The notes under the pieces: generated by a model
Database searches by the model: none
The model's input: only the letters and a program-made list of their open reading frames with translations
What the model was told of the DNA's origin: nothing
Part shown: piece after piece, positions 12,116 through 25,900 of the stretch
Position numbering within the stretch: position 1 is the stretch's first letter
Layout of the letters: the number at the start of each line of letters is the position of its first letter
Made by a program: the position numbers and the translations under genes
Assembly: GCF_038025025.1 (NCBI RefSeq)
Contig: NW_027117353.1
Coordinates: 62,001 to 126,000 of the forward strand
Source: Phyllosticta citribraziliensis
Taxonomy: Eukaryota
Reading direction: 5' to 3'
Length of the DNA stretch: 64,000 nt

Positions 12116-14087
12116 ATGGCAGGAGCTGCCGCCATGAGGCCATTGGCCTCATCTTCCGTCTTCGCAGCCCTCCGCTCCGCCGGTCGTCGCACCTTGACCA
12201 CGCACCGGCCCTCACCTCTCTCTTCCTCTGTCGCAAAGGAAGCTATTCGCCCTGTTCTTCCCAGACAGGTCTTTCAGCAGACCTTCCGCCGCGCCTACGC
12301 TGATGTCCCTCCCAAGACTGAGGCTAAGAAGAAGGGCTTTCGCTTTCTGCGCTGGACCTGGCGCTTGACCTGGCTCTCGGCCATTGCTGGACTCGGTTAC
12401 ATCTCTTATGGAATCTATCAAATGCGCAACCCGGACGATCAGCCTGCGCCTGATCCGACGAAGAAGACTCTGGTTATCCTTGGTGCGCTGCTCCAACTCG
12501 TTGGTTTCGTTCTTGTCAGGGGCTGATTTTTGATTTTGCTTTTGCGCAGGTACTGGTTGGGGCTCCGTCTCTCTCCTGAAGAAGCTCGACACGGAAAACT
12601 ACAATGTCGTCGTCATCTCGCCTCGCAACTACTTCTTGTTCACGCCGCTGCTCCCGTCCTGCACCACTGGTACCATCGAACACCGCTCCATCATGGAACC
12701 GATCCGCAACTTCCTCCGTCACAAAAAGGCCGCCGTCAAGTACTACGAGGCCGAGGCCACCAAGGTTGACTACGAGAAGAAGGTCGTCTACATCAAGGAT
12801 GAGTCGGAAATCAAGGGAGACGTCTCGGCCACCGAGGTTCCCTTTGACATGCTCGTCGTTGGTGTCGGCGCTGAGAACGCAACCTTTGGTAAGTTGCCTC
12901 TTTCGGGGATCTCCGGGATCCATCTAACCCGTGTAACTCAGGTATCCCCGGTGTTCGCGAACACGGCCTGTTCTTGAAGGAAGTCGAAGACGCCCAGAGA
13001 ATCCGCAAGCGCATCATGGACTGCTGTGAGACTGCCATCTTCAAGGACCAGAGCGAAGAAGAGGTCAAGCGTCTTTTGCACATGGTTGTCGTCGGCGGTG
13101 GCCCTACTGGTGTCGAATTCGCCGGTGAGCTCCAGGACTTCTTCAACGACGACCTCAAGAAATGGATCCCGGAAATCAAGGACAACTTCCACGTCACTCT
13201 CGTCGAGGCTCTTCCCAACGTATGCCTCTTCCCTGGCTTGGAAAATGTCTTGCGCTGACGATTTAGGTTCTTCCCATGTTCTCCAAGCAACTGATTGAGT
13301 ACACCGAAAAGACCTTCAAGGAGGAGACCATCACCATTCGCAACAAGACCATGGTTAAGAAGGTTACTGAAAAGTACATCGAGGCTGAGTCAACTGGTCC
13401 CGACGGTCAAAAGCAGATTGAGCGCATCCCCTACGGTCTTCTTGTCTGGGCTACTGGTAACGCTCTGCGTCCCGTTGTCCGTGATCTCATGTCGCAGATT
13501 CCCGAGCAAGCGAGCTCCCGCCGTGGTCTGGCTGTGAACGAATACCTCGTCGTCAAGGGTGCCGAGAACATTTGGGCTGTCGGTGACTGTGCCGTCGCCA
13601 ACTACGCCCCGACTGCCCAGGTTGCCGCCCAAGAGGGTGCTTTCCTCGCCCGCCTCTTCAACAACATGGCCAAGACTGAGCAGATTGAGGTCGAGCTCAA
13701 GAACCTTTCCGACGCCCAGGAGAAGGCTCCTTCCAAGGACGTCCGTGACCAGGTCTTTGGCGAAATCAAGGAACTGCAGAAGCGTCTTCGTCGCGTTAAG
13801 CAGATGGGTCCCTTCGAATACTCTCACCAAGGTTCTCTTGCCTACATTGGCAGCGAGAAGGCTGTTGCCGACATTTCCTGGTTGACTGGAAACATTGCCA
13901 CGGGTGGCACTTTGACCTACTTCTTCTGGAGGAGCGCCTACTTGAGCATGTGCTTCAGCAGTGAGTTTTTGTCCTCCATCTTCACACCAGCCAAGAGTAC
14001 TTACATGAAGCAGCGCGCAACCGCATCCTCGTCTTGGTTGACTGGATCAAGGCCAAGGTCTTCGGACGTGACGTCTCTCGCGAGTAG
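12116..14087 (+). CDS. NDE1: Mitochondrial alternative (type II) NADH:ubiquinone oxidoreductase, external Nde-like; introns 12483-12549, 12889-12941, 13220-13266, 13961-14013
   Basis: It has an Arg/Ser-rich presequence and a TM segment, then VILG|TGWG (FAD Rossmann), FTPLLPSCTTG, VVVGGGPTGVEFAGE (NADH), WAVGDC, APTAQVAAQEG, YSHQGSLAYIG, and ends VFGRDVSRE*. Confidence 0.92.
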
Positions 14088-15224
14088 ACGGCCGGAATGG
14101 CCACATGAATCGTTTTTCTCTTGGAAAGTACGCACACTGAATAGATTTTTTTCCTCTCTCCTCGTCCTTGTTTGACATCCCTACCCGTTGTCGTTGCTGC
14201 TCCTCGTTGTACCCACCTTCTTTCCAGAACCTCCTTGTATCATTAGCACCTCTGCCGGCTGGCCAACGTTTTCGGGCTTTTTGTTACGGTGTGCTCGAGA
14301 GTTTGGGGGGCAAAACAATTGCATATCTTGGATTGATTGGAGATTGGAAATTCGGGGAAATTTGAAGGAGGCTTCCTTTTTTCTTTTTTTCCCTGTCGTT
14401 CGACAATCGCAAAAGGTTTGGGATCCTGCTCGTTTTGGGGGATTTGGGCTGTTTTTTTCTTATAGATAGAAGGGGCTCCTGTTGGGATGTGTGTGGGGCG
14501 GTGGGTGTCAAAGTCACTCAATGTTTATTCTTATTTTTCTCCAAACGGTGCAGGTCTCGTGTCATCTTGGTCTCGTCTGCTTCGCGTCCTGGTGGAGCAG
14601 AAAAGTGAGTGGTGAGGTCCATGTACCGGGACGTGAAGCAACTTTGAGGCATGAGTTCCTCGATGACGGGCGAACTTGCACGAGTAGTAGTAAGCTGACT
14701 TGACCAGGTTGACCCCAGCTAGTAGCTAGATGGTCAGTCTTTCTGGAATCCTCATACCCTCCGGGTGCGCCGCCGCCGGCGCCGACCTAAGCCACTGCCT
14801 AGGTAAAGTGTAAAGTCTCTTGCGTCATGCCGTTCGTAGCTTGAGCTCCTACTTGTAGCTACGTTAGCTATCTACCCACCTCCTCCAGTCTATCACCATC
14901 ACTTGTGAACGCAAAACCAGCATCTGTCGATATTGTTGGCCATTTCCTTTTCGGGGCTGCCAGTTTCAATTGCCTCTACGCTGCGCTCGCTGCCAGCGTC
15001 GTCTTCCTTGACTAGGCACCACACCGCGGGTCTCGTGCCTCCACATCCCCCTCTCCCGCCGCCGCCGCCGCCGTCGTCGCCGCAACCATCCGCACGAACG
15101 AACGCGCGCACGCCCACCTCTCACCATTGTCCGATTTTCCAACGGGCCAAACAGTTCCATCCATCGCACAAACCAAGCCAGCAAGCAAACAAATCACAAA
15201 AGAAGCAACATCACCACCATCAAC

Positions 15225-16441
15225 ATGGCCGCCGCCCTCGCGCTGTCGCCCGGCGCCGCATGCGTCCTCGCGCCGCTCTCCTTCGTGTACAACGTGGGGT
15301 TGCAGTTCTACGGGCTGTTCAGCACGCCCAACATGAAGGACGTCAACGACGCCAACCTGTCCGTTTTTTCGCCGCAGCCGTACATGGTGGCGCTGTTTTT
15401 CTTCCCGTTGCAGGTTGCGCAGGTGTTGTGGATGGTGAGGTTGTGGCGGGTGAGTAGGAGAGATGGGGCTACTGCGGAGAAGGACGTCGCTGAGATGACG
15501 GGGTATGCTGGGGTGCTGGTGTTGGGCAATGCGTGTATTGGAAGTGAGTTTTCTGTTTTTGCTTTTTTGTTTGGTGCTTGGGGTAGTGGAGGTGGTGGAG
15601 ATGGAGAGAGGAGACGGGCAGGCATGGGAGGACATATAACGCCTTTCCAGCCATTGTCCAACTTCACCTCTCCATCACCTTCACCTTCACATCACCTCAC
15701 CTCCACCCATCAGCTGCTCCCTACGTACCCACCTCCCTACCTCGCTAACACACCCCAGCCTGGCTCTTCTTCTGGAACTCCTCGCACCTCGGCCTCTCCA
15801 ACATCTTCGTCGCAATCACCACCCTCGCCCACCTCCTGTACCTCACGACCGCCCTCCCACCTCTCCGCCGGCACTCCTCCGCCTCTTTCCTCACGCACGC
15901 CGTCGCCAAAGCCTACACCGGCATCTCCGTCCTCGACATGCTGCACAACACGTCGGCGGCGTTCTACGCGGGCGTTGCCGCGCCCTCGGGCGCCGTCAAG
16001 GTGCTGACGGGCGTCGGCTTTGCCGTCGGCGCCGCGCTGGGCGACTGGATGCTCGGCGCGTGTTTGGTCTATGATTTGGCGGCCTTCAGTGTCGGGCAGC
16101 GGGGCAGGACGGATGCGGATCCGGCGGCTAGCCGTGAGTGGAGTCACTTGCTGGGGTGGTATATTTTGGGGACGGCGGCGATTGTGTTGGTGAAGAATCT
16201 GTGTCGGTGAGTTTGTTCTTTTAATTTTTTTCTTCTTCTCTTCATTTCTTGGGCATGAGCGGATGAACCGGTGAGTTGGTGGTTCGGTAGGGCAGAAGAG
16301 GTGAGGAGAGGTGCGATGGGGGATGTGAGTACGTGGTGGATTGGTTGCCGATTCTGACTGACTGACTGGCGCGACAGGCCTCCGTATCCTGAGGAAAGGG
16401 AAGAGTACACGCGCATCCAGGAGGACGATGAGGGCATTTGA
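15225..16441 (+). CDS. Hypothetical multi-pass membrane protein; introns 15544-15758 and 16207-16377
   Basis: The spliced frame is continuous: MAAALALSPG...FSPQPYMVALFFFPLQVAQVLW...GNACIG|TWLFFWNSSHLGLSNIFV...VKNLC|RPPYPEEREEYTRIQEDDEGI*. It has several hydrophobic segments and canonical GTGAGT donors with CTAAC/CTGAC branch points. Confidence 0.75.
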
Positions 16442-18446
16442 TCGACAGTCGCCCATCTGTGAATTCCTAGTTGCCAAGCGCGGCGTGGACTGCCCTGTTC
16501 GTTGATCTGAAGATTGTCAAATACTGTAGCCGTGTGTGTATGTCTTTGAGCCAGGGAACCTTTCAGTCAACCTTTTCCCGTACCTTTTCAGCGCGCAGGA
16601 AAGAAAGCGGAACGTCTTTTTACAAGTTGCCCGTCTCACTTTTTCGTCAACACCTTGGTCTCTGAACGGTCTCGGCACTTTGGCAGTGTTGTCTAGCCGA
16701 CAGACAAATTGGACGGTGTTCAGTGTTCAGTGTCCCAAAATATCGATGCATAAAAAGCGTTTCAGAAAGACAATATCACTGTGCAATCATCCTTGGACCG
16801 GCTATCATTCTTTTCGTTGCGACGAGCAATCCAAGTCAGTGCCAGATGATAGCAGGTGTGCACTGAGACTCTGACCATGATCACCATCCATGTGATCTAT
16901 CCGTGGTAGCAACATTTCCTTTGTCGCCGCGAGGTGTCTGATTCACACGCACCCCTCACTCAAGCGTACGGGTAGTTGGTAACCGTTCGCGAAGAGGGTT
17001 GCTCGCACCCGGCTCAACCGCCCAAAGACCGCATCTGCGCAGGAGCGACGTCTCGGCCTCGGCGGCGTCAAACAAGGAGGCGGTGTCGAGGACACCAAAA
17101 GGGCGTCGACCGCGGTATCCGCGACTGCTGGAGCACGTCCGTCCAGCGGCGGCAGACGTATGCTGTCATGGCGGAGAGGACTGGAGGCGACGATGAGGAC
17201 CATGGGCCAGCGAGGTGGTTTCGTTTACATAACGCGCGGAACCGCATGATCATGGCACGGGAGGCCAAGGGACATGTAGAGCGAGATAGTGGTCAAAGGG
17301 ATGTGTCACTCGCCACGGAGAAACCGTTGAGGAACGAGCGCATCAACCTTGGCCCTCTCGAAGCATGTTTGTAGGAATTTTGGCTTGGTAGGACGGATGT
17401 GGACGGACGAGAGGAACGGAAAAAGAGGGTGAGTACTTGATTAAGCGAGCAAGTACTACAGAAAAGATGGGATACTCGACGATGCTTGGAATGCAGGCAG
17501 GGCGCAAGATCGACCTGAGCCGTGTCTTTCCGCATCTTTTAGGAGCCCGGCGACGAGAACAATGAAGCAGACGGGGCTTGGGCGCCTATATGTACAATGC
17601 CGTATACACGGCCAAATACTCGGTGCCTCGTCGAAGTATAGACCTACCACACACCGAGCTTGGTCCACGCGCGGAGTGACGTCAGGGCGGAAGAGGCACG
17701 TGTTGTCGCAAAGTTCCCCATTAGGCAAGTGTAGGAGGTTGCAGAGAACTGAAGGAAGAGCGCTGGGTGTGAGGACAGAATTACGTGAAGCGTCGTCGGC
17801 GCGCGATAGTTGCGGTCGATCGGTCGGCCAGTCACACAGAGACGCTGCAGAGGCGCAGGAGGAGGGGACGGGAGGGGTACCACCATCTGATGTTTGGTTG
17901 AGGGCGAGCCCCGGATGCGATGGCTGTTTTGGGAAGCAGAGTGGTCGGCTGTGGTTGTGGGAGGTGGCTTGTTCCTTGGTGCCGCCGCGGGAGCGGGCAG
18001 TCTTTGAAGCGCTGAAGGTTCTCGTTCCCAGCTGTAGTCCGAAGCGGTCAGTAGATATGTAGATACATAACCTAGGTAGCCATGTTGGGTGGAGGTCGTG
18101 GGATGGTCGCGTGGGCAGGCGGGCGCAATCGGGAGGATCCCCACGCTACAGTCACAGATTCAATTGCACTTATCGCCTTATCAGCCGCCCTCTGTTCAGC
18201 CTCGCATGCCTTGCCTCTCTCTGAGCGCGCATATCATGTGCGGATTATCTCCTACTCAGGTCGCTGGACCCTAGTCAATCTCCAGGCCCCGGTGGCTGTC
18301 TCTGTCATCCGACTCTTCAAGCCACCTGCTTGCCGTCGTCCGCTGCCTTTTTATAGACTGATTGTTGCTGTCTCCCTCTTCACGCCCTCCCCTCCTAACC
18401 GCTACCTACCTCCCACCGACCTGTTCAACACATCTCACACCTCACA

Positions 18447-19757
18447 ATGGAAGAGAACCCTTGGTCGACTCATCCTGGCTTGCCTCAGTACTGCGCTCCC
18501 GAGACCGACTTCCTCCTCCGCCTCTCGTCGACGCTTCACACCTGCGTCCCTACCAACCTCGCCCTCTTCTCCACCCTCCTCGGCACCCTGAGCATCGTTT
18601 CCTGGCTCTTTGCACAGCTCCCACAAATATGGAAGAACTACCAGTTGAAGAGCACTTCGGGCCTGAGCATATTCTTCCTGGGCGAGTGGCTGCTGGGTGA
18701 CCTGTCCAACCTGTTGGGCTGCGTCTTCACCGACCAGGCCTTGTGGCAGGTCATCGTTGCCAGCTACTACTGCTTCGTCGACTGCTGCCTCGTCGGCCAG
18801 TGGGTTTGGTATGAGCACCTCCAGCATGGCCGGCCCCTGCTGCGACCTTGGTCGAGAGACGGCCGCCGCTTCGACAAGAACGGCGACATGCCCGACATCA
18901 TCGACGGCATGTCGGTGACGAGCGTCGACACGCAGCCCCCCAACGACTCCAAGGCCACCGAGCCCAAGGACGTCCTTCGCTCGCCGCGCTACCCCTCGTC
19001 CCCCTCCAAAGAGGCCGCGCGGAGCCCCCGTGTCGGTACCCCAACAAACCGCACCATCACGCGCCTTGGCACCTCGGGCTCTTCCTCCCCTGCATCTTCG
19101 CCGCGTACAGTCCTCTACCTTTCTCTGCTCCTCGCAGTCGTTGCCCGCGCCTCCCCGCTCCACGGCCCCAGCCCTGCCCTTGGCCTTGTCGAGACTGCGA
19201 CCGCCTCTGCTGGCGAAACCGCCACGCAGATTGCTGGTACTCTCCTCTCCTGGCTCAGCACCCTCATGTATCTGGGCAGCCGCATGCCGCAGCTGTACAA
19301 GAACTGGAAGCGGCAGAGCACCGAAGGTCTCTCTCCCACCCTGTTCCTCGCCGCCTTCATGGGCAACCTGTTTTACAGCTCCTCCATTGTCGCCAACCCC
19401 TGTGCCTGGTATACGTTTCCGCCAAACGGCGGCCGCGGTTGGGTCGGCGCCGGTGGCAGTGACCGCGCCGAGTGGGTCGGGCGTGCGACGCCCTTCTGGC
19501 TTGGTGCGGCGGGTGTCTTGATCATGGATGCGGCCGTCGGCGTGCAATTCTGGCTGTACGGGGAGGGCACGGAGAGGACCGTCGTCGTGCCGGACGAGGG
19601 CGGCGCCAAGTGGCGCTGGCGGAAGCTGAGCGGATGGATGAGAGGCTGGATCCCCGGCCCACGCGACATGACGCCTCCTAGACGCGAAGAAAGGCAGAGG
19701 CTGCTGGGCGACGGCGTTGATGCTGGCATTGCGAGAGAAGACTACGGCGGTGTTTGA
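18447..19757 (+). CDS. PQ-loop vacuolar membrane transporter (Ypq1/Rtc2-like basic amino-acid exporter)
   Basis: Two PQ loops (SWLFAQLPQIWKNY...GLSIFFLGEWLLGD and YLGSRMPQLYKNWKRQSTEGLS) and a C-terminal acidic dileucine ERQRLL. Single 436-aa exon. Confidence 0.88.
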   Translation: MEENPWSTHPGLPQYCAPETDFLLRLSSTLHTCVPTNLALFSTLLGTLSIVSWLFAQLPQIWKNYQLKSTSGLSIFFLGEWLLGDLSNLLGCVFTDQALWQVIVASYYCFVDCCLVGQWVWYEHLQHGRPLLRPWSRDGRRFDKNGDMPDIIDGMSVTSVDTQPPNDSKATEPKDVLRSPRYPSSPSKEAARSPRVGTPTNRTITRLGTSGSSSPASSPRTVLYLSLLLAVVARASPLHGPSPALGLVETATASAGETATQIAGTLLSWLSTLMYLGSRMPQLYKNWKRQSTEGLSPTLFLAAFMGNLFYSSSIVANPCAWYTFPPNGGRGWVGAGGSDRAEWVGRATPFWLGAAGVLIMDAAVGVQFWLYGEGTERTVVVPDEGGAKWRWRKLSGWMRGWIPGPRDMTPPRREERQRLLGDGVDAGIAREDYGGV

Positions 19758-21204
19758 AAGACTGACGTCATTTCGTCATGACCCCTTGATCGGATTGCGC
19801 TGCGTTGCCGTTTTTGGTTCGTCATTGCGGGGTGCGAAGCGATTCCCCTAGATTTTCATTTTTGAGTTGATGGTTAGTGATTGGCATTTTTCAGGCGCTC
19901 GGGCTTGGTCTTTGGTTGTTTTCTATTTTTGCCATTCGCATCACATCAGTCTTTGTTGGTGTTTTTGGCGTGCGCATTTGCAGGCTTGGGACACGCGTGT
20001 GCGTTGGGAGCGTGTGAGTTGCATCTCGGTTTAATTACGATGATGGCGGCCAAGAGGTATTGAATTGTAGATTCGCTGGCTGGACTGGCCGGTTGAATGA
20101 GGATAGACGTTGACTTTGACGAATCGACTTGCGTTCTGCTCTTTTCTTTTTCTTTCCAGTCAGTGCTGCCCGTCATCGATTGGTAGATGCGTTTCTGCAC
20201 GCCTGCGATTGGAACGAGTCTCCTTCTTTGCCTGGCCGCGACGCGTATCCTTTCTTTCTCCTATGTTGTTGTCTGACGTGCTTTCATCTTTCCTCCTATG
20301 CTCCCAGTCTGGTAGACGAGGGGCCATGTTTGAGGACAGACGACACACTGACATCAACTGTGCTGGCATAAACTTGACAGACATGACAGGAATAGGGGTG
20401 CCGGCTTGCCGCGCGTTTACTGTCAATCCGAACTTGCTCCATCATTCAATACATGCGCCAAGGCAGGTGAATGAACACACAGTCTTCGGTCGTGGCAGTC
20501 AGGGGTTGCCTCCTCGTCTGCCGCCATGGTGTCTCATGGCTCCTCCAACGGTCTCACCGTGATTCAAGGAGACGGCCATGCTCTCCCGAGAGCCTCTCCA
20601 ACAACGTCCAAGGCGCCCCGGAGCCGCTGTCCAATGCCGGCCCGTTCCGCTGGTTTCGAGATGGTAGACGATGGATGGGAGGACGAGACCCGAAGTATCG
20701 CCTCCTTGCAGGCGTCATGTCCAGTGCCGGGCACTTAAGAACCGAGCCGTGAAAGCATCTCGCTGTCACCAGCCACATTGGAGATAACGAAGCATCCCCG
20801 GACCAGCTGCATGGGCCAACATGGTTCCACATTGCGCCATCCAGACTCCATTCGCAGGCACATGTTGGCTCCTGTGGCCAGGCAAAAACGCAGCATGTCG
20901 ATAGGCGAAGGTTCCCGAGAATCTATCCAGAGGCGCAAGACAGCGATGCTCCTGCCAGAAATGAAGTGGTGAGGGGGAAATTCGCGCAGTGCCAGTGGGC
21001 TGACGATACATACGTGGCCGCAGCTGAGAGAGCATGCCCATTTCCGTTGTTGGACAGAGGATCGTGCAGAGGCGGTGCTTTCACGGCATGTGGGCTCCCG
21101 AGCTGCGCCGTTGTGGCTGAATGCTCTCCATTAACAACGCAACACACAACAGCTTTGGAAGATTCCACCTTAGGGTTGATCTTCGCCGTCACTTGGCACC
21201 ACTT

Positions 21205-21212
21205 CTATAAAA
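21205..21212 (+). promoter_or_regulatory. Putative TATA box (CTATAAAA) of the WW-domain gene
   Basis: ctataaaa lies ~70 nt upstream of the ATG at 21280 and is followed by a CT-rich leader. Confidence 0.55.
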
Positions 21213-21279
21213 CTTGCCCCGGCGCCTTGCTCTTGTCCATCTTGATCCCATCACCTTCTCCTCACTCCAACAGCCCAAC

Positions 21280-22246
21280 ATGTCTTTCATGAACAAACTC
21301 ACAGATAAATTTGCCGGGATGATGAAGGATAAGGAGGACGGTGAGCTGCTTGCATTGCCGCTATGATCTTTGACTCACGACTGACACTTGCTACAGGAAG
21401 TCAGCAGCGTGGATATGACGGCGGCTACGGAGCACCCCCTCCGCAGCACTACGGCAGCCAATATGGCCAACAGCAGTACGGCCAGCCTCCTCAGCACTAC
21501 CAGTCTCCTCCTCCAGACCAGGGCTACGGCAGTCCTCCTCCCCCTCCACCGGAGCAGTACAGAGCTTCCCCTGGAGGATCCGGATACGGATACCCCCCGC
21601 CAGGCCCGCCCGACTACAGATCACCTCCGCCTCCGGCCTCGGGATACGCACCTCCGCCCTCTGGCTACGCTCCCCCAGGCCCGCCTCCGCCGCCATCCCA
21701 CGACCCCCCGCCTCTGGCTTACGGCTGGTACTCGCACTGGGACAGCACTCGCAACAGGGCCTACTACGCTGAGCCTGCCACGGGCCGTGTCCAGTGGGAC
21801 CAACCGCCGTTTGCTCCTCCGGCTGACCGCGGCCCGCCCGGCGGCGAGTTCTACAACCAGTACGGTGGCGCGATGCCGCCGGTAGGCTACGGCCAAGGCA
21901 GCGGCTACGAGGGACCTCACGGCCAGCGCGCCGAGCAGTACTACGGCGACGTGGAGAACAAGGAGAAGAAGGAAGGCCACTCGACTGGCGCCATGGTGGG
22001 CGCGGCGGCCGCGGGTGTAGTCGGTGGCGCGGTGCTGGGAGCCGTCGTCAGTAAGTCTTGTCCCGCTTCTTTCCTCTCAACTGCATTGTCCCGGACACGA
22101 GAAGCTGACGCAATGTGTTTTCTGTAGCGCACGAGCTCGAGGAAGACTCAGACTCGCATCACTCCGATTCTGACCACGAGCGTCCACCTCCGCCGCCCGA
22201 AGACTACTACGAGCCGGAGGAGGATGACGGTGGTTTCTTTGACTAA
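21280..22246 (+). CDS. Pro/Tyr/Gly-rich protein with one WW domain (Wwm1-like); introns 21341-21396 and 22051-22127
   Basis: WW-like LAYGWYSHWDSTRNRAYYAEPATGRVQWDQP, PPPY/YAPPP low-complexity tracts, the motif GAMVGAAAAGVVGGAVLG, and an acidic tail ending GGFFD*. Confidence 0.75.
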
Positions 22247-22970
22247 AGTGGAGAGTTGGGGGGCGGTGCGGAGGACGGTCCACACAATACCACGGCGGAC
22301 ATGGGTCTGGACAGCATGGCGGGCGCATGGGCGCATAGATAGATGCCAACAGGAATGAAATGGGATTTTGGCCAGTGTCTACATTTCCGAACGCGGCCGT
22401 CGGATTTCTGCCGGAGCCGTGAAGAGGGCGGGTCCTGACACGTTGGAGAATGGGTGGGGCGTCGACGCGGTGGATGGAATGGGTCGGAGAGGACGACGGC
22501 CTGGAGACGAGCGGAGGACGAGGGCCACGATTGATGCAATGGTGAGGTGGTTCTGGTTGTAGATGGCGTGGATGATTGGAAGGGCGAAGTCAATGCAGGT
22601 GTTGAAGAACAAATGCAACGGGGATGCCTGCCCATGTGCCCCGCTGACGCCGACCGCTGTTGGGATGCGGCGGCGGACGGCTTCCGCCATGAATCCTGGG
22701 CATTTCTTCTCACCTCTCACATCGCCCTCACCAATTCCACTCCCCGCTCGCAATGACGATACGATAACCGAGCACCGCACGCGGTCGCAACGCTCGACCG
22801 ACCCCCTTACGCTGACCAACCCACCCCGGCGCGCGAGCCACTCGTGTGCTCATCCGTCTGCCTCCTGGACCTCTCCTCCGCACCCGAAAGCCCTCCTCTT
22901 TCTCTGGTTCATGGGCTCACGGCTTACACCGGCGCATGGCCGTTGAACGACCACCTTTGGTCTCTCCATC

Positions 22971-25900
22971 ATGGCATTCTCTCTCTCGGCCCTCTCCGGC
23001 CTGGTCGTGCTCCTCTACCTGTCGACCTTTGTCATATTCGCCCTCGTCCGAGTCGTCACCGGCGTTTCGATACAACGACTTGGCTGGTACGGCTTGCGAC
23101 GCATCTCTTTCACACCAAAGGACGGCATTCGCCTGGATATTCGCGGCTTGAGGATATCGTTACACCGGCCAACTTTTGCGCAACCCACCTACGTGAGCGT
23201 GGTTGTCGAGGAGCTCAAGCTCACGATTGATCTCAAGGCGCTGGGAGAGGCAAAAGCCAAGGGCTCACCGGAACCAAGCTCAGAAAATGGGCTGGCCAAG
23301 GAACTGCAGGAAACAAGCCCGGCGCAAGGGTCAAAGACGAACGAGAAGCAGGGCCGCAAGAGCGAGGACACAACCAGGACATGGCAAAAGCTCACGGACA
23401 TCAAGGATCGCATAAAGAAACTGCACCGCCAGCTCGACTGGATTCGCATGTTCGACATTGTCGCAACCACCACATCCCTGGTCATCGAGGATGTCGGGTC
23501 CGTGCAGATTGCGCAGTTCACGGCGGCAGTCGATACGAGGCGCAAGATGGTCGATCGCAGCCGGCTGTTCCAGCATCGCAGAGCCAAGTCGAGCGACCAG
23601 AGTCCAGCCGAATGGATCTTCACCGTCCGCAACGTCCTGTTCAGTCCGGAGGGCCAAGAGTCGACCGAGATTCTGGATCACTTCACGTTGAACATTCATG
23701 GATTGCTGTACAAGGAGCTGGACGGCCTGCGCGATGCATCGATTGCGCTTAAGCTGGGGCGCCTTCACATACCCTTTGACGAAATCGAGGGCTGCCTAGA
23801 CCGTATCAAGGCCAAGCAAAAGGCACATCTTCGCAGTCATACCAAGTACTCGCTGAATGATCTCGTGGATGAGCTGGACAAGCCAGGCAGCCATGAGCGG
23901 GACATTGTGCAAACCGTTTCGGATTCCAAAGAGTTCATTAGCTCGACCCTCAGGGGTATTCAGGAAATTCAATTCGCCGTTAGCTTCTTTGGTCTCACAA
24001 AGCGAATCCGCTCAGGCTCCGAGTCTGAGCGCCCTGTCTACCTGAACATGTCAATGAAGGAAGTCGGCTTCGATCTCCTGCGCCTAGATCCTCGCAGCCC
24101 CGCGCACCTCATGTACTTTGGCCCTCAGGATGTCGCCCACCAAGCCTTGCTCGCCGCCATTTCTATCTCAGTGGGAATAGACCATGGTCAGGACAATCCA
24201 GAAAGGTTGCTCTACATACCAATGGCGACCACGACTCTGAAAACCACGCTCCCTGCGAAAACGATCCAAATCGACAGAGACAGAGACGTTGCCGAGCGCA
24301 ATACGAATATTCTCTTCGCCAATTTTGTGGTCACTTCTCCTTCTTTTGACCTTGATCCTAAACATTTACCTTTAATCCTTGCGCTCCTCCAAAGCCCAGA
24401 AGGCCGCAAACCTGGGGCATCCACCAGTATCCATACCAAGCGCCACATAATATCTCGCCTACTTCCCAAAGCGAATGTAAAGTTCTCCATTCACGAGCCA
24501 GTCGTGAGGGTAACATTACCGCCAATGGAGTCCGGAAAGAAGGACACCGACGAGTTCGACCTTCTAATATCCACCATGTCCTCGATATCCCTGGATGTGG
24601 AGGCCTCTCACTCTGGTGGTGGAGAATTACATTACGCCGTATCTTCTAATTTCCGCATCACTGGCCACGAGCTGTACTACCAAACTGCGTCCCGCGAAAA
24701 GCATAACCTCCTCGTTACGGACGCAGCCGAAGTAAAGCTGCAGCTCGAGGCTTTCCCCGAGGTTTCTGTCGTCCTGGCAGGCAATCTCGAGACCTTCAAC
24801 ATCTTCATGGTGCGGCCCGAAATCAGCGAAGGCGTGCGGCAGATTGTTGCTCAGCTGCGGACCATGGAATCCTCCACCACGCACAAGGCTTCCGACAAGA
24901 GCAAGCCAAAATTCCTAAGAACACTTCCAAGGTGGCTCACACACCTCCATTTCCACGGCTCGGACTTCAACGTCGAAGTCGCTGGTGTTGATCCGGATGT
25001 GTCAAAGCACTCGCGTGGCGTCGCGCTGCACTTGGACACCTGGACTGCCGAGTACAAGGCCGACAAGAGTGATGATTCCGACAAGAGATTGTCCAGGAGA
25101 CGGGCGACAAGTCGATCGGTGCCAACTGAATCTCAACTGAGAGCGGTATCTCCTTCTTCTCCTCCGTCCTCACCCGCACCGCGAAAGAGGCATCTGACCG
25201 AAAGCGATGGACGGCGACTGGCCATACACATACAGGGTCTTGAGGGTTTCACGATCGAATCATCGGACTCGCGAGAAGAAGAGTCTTTCCTGAGGCTGCC
25301 GAGATTCGAGGTTGCTTTTACAACTTCGACAGATATCCAGGGCCCTGTCTTCCACATCAACTCTTTCGCTCAGAGTCTTTTCGTCCACTACTCTCTGTAC
25401 CGACACTTTGCACTTGGCGTGGCAACCATGGTCCTTCGGAGAGCCTTTGTCAAACAGTATTCAGATCGCACCTATGTGCCCGCTCCGGCACCCAAACACC
25501 AAAGAAGTCTGACCGTCGAGGATGCCGAAAGGGAGGATAGGCTTTACGGGGATCCACGCATCCCATCCAAGGCCGAAATCGTCACTATCGACTTCCGGGT
25601 CGCCTTTGTCCAGGTCAAGGCTACGGTGCCGGATGATCCACCTCTTATGCTCCAGATCTACGGTTTCGACGCCGGTCGCCACAGATGGGCCCCGCCGTTT
25701 GCTCGCGCCAAGCTGCTGCGTCTCTATGCAGAGGCTCCCGGTCTCAAGAAGACTTGGGCTCGTATGGTCAGCGTCAAGAGTTTGAAAGTCGACCTGCGGT
25801 CGTCGAGAAGGAAATTTGGAAACCAAGTGTCAGAGGAAAAGTCAATCGACATTGGAACTGATGCCGTTCGCGTGGCTGTTCCCCATCAACTGGTTGTCCA

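Noticed and set aside
16976..18144. Several 130-170-aa ORFs between the membrane-protein and PQ-loop genes
   Set aside because: Arg/Ser-rich random-like composition, overlapping on both strands, with no family motifs.
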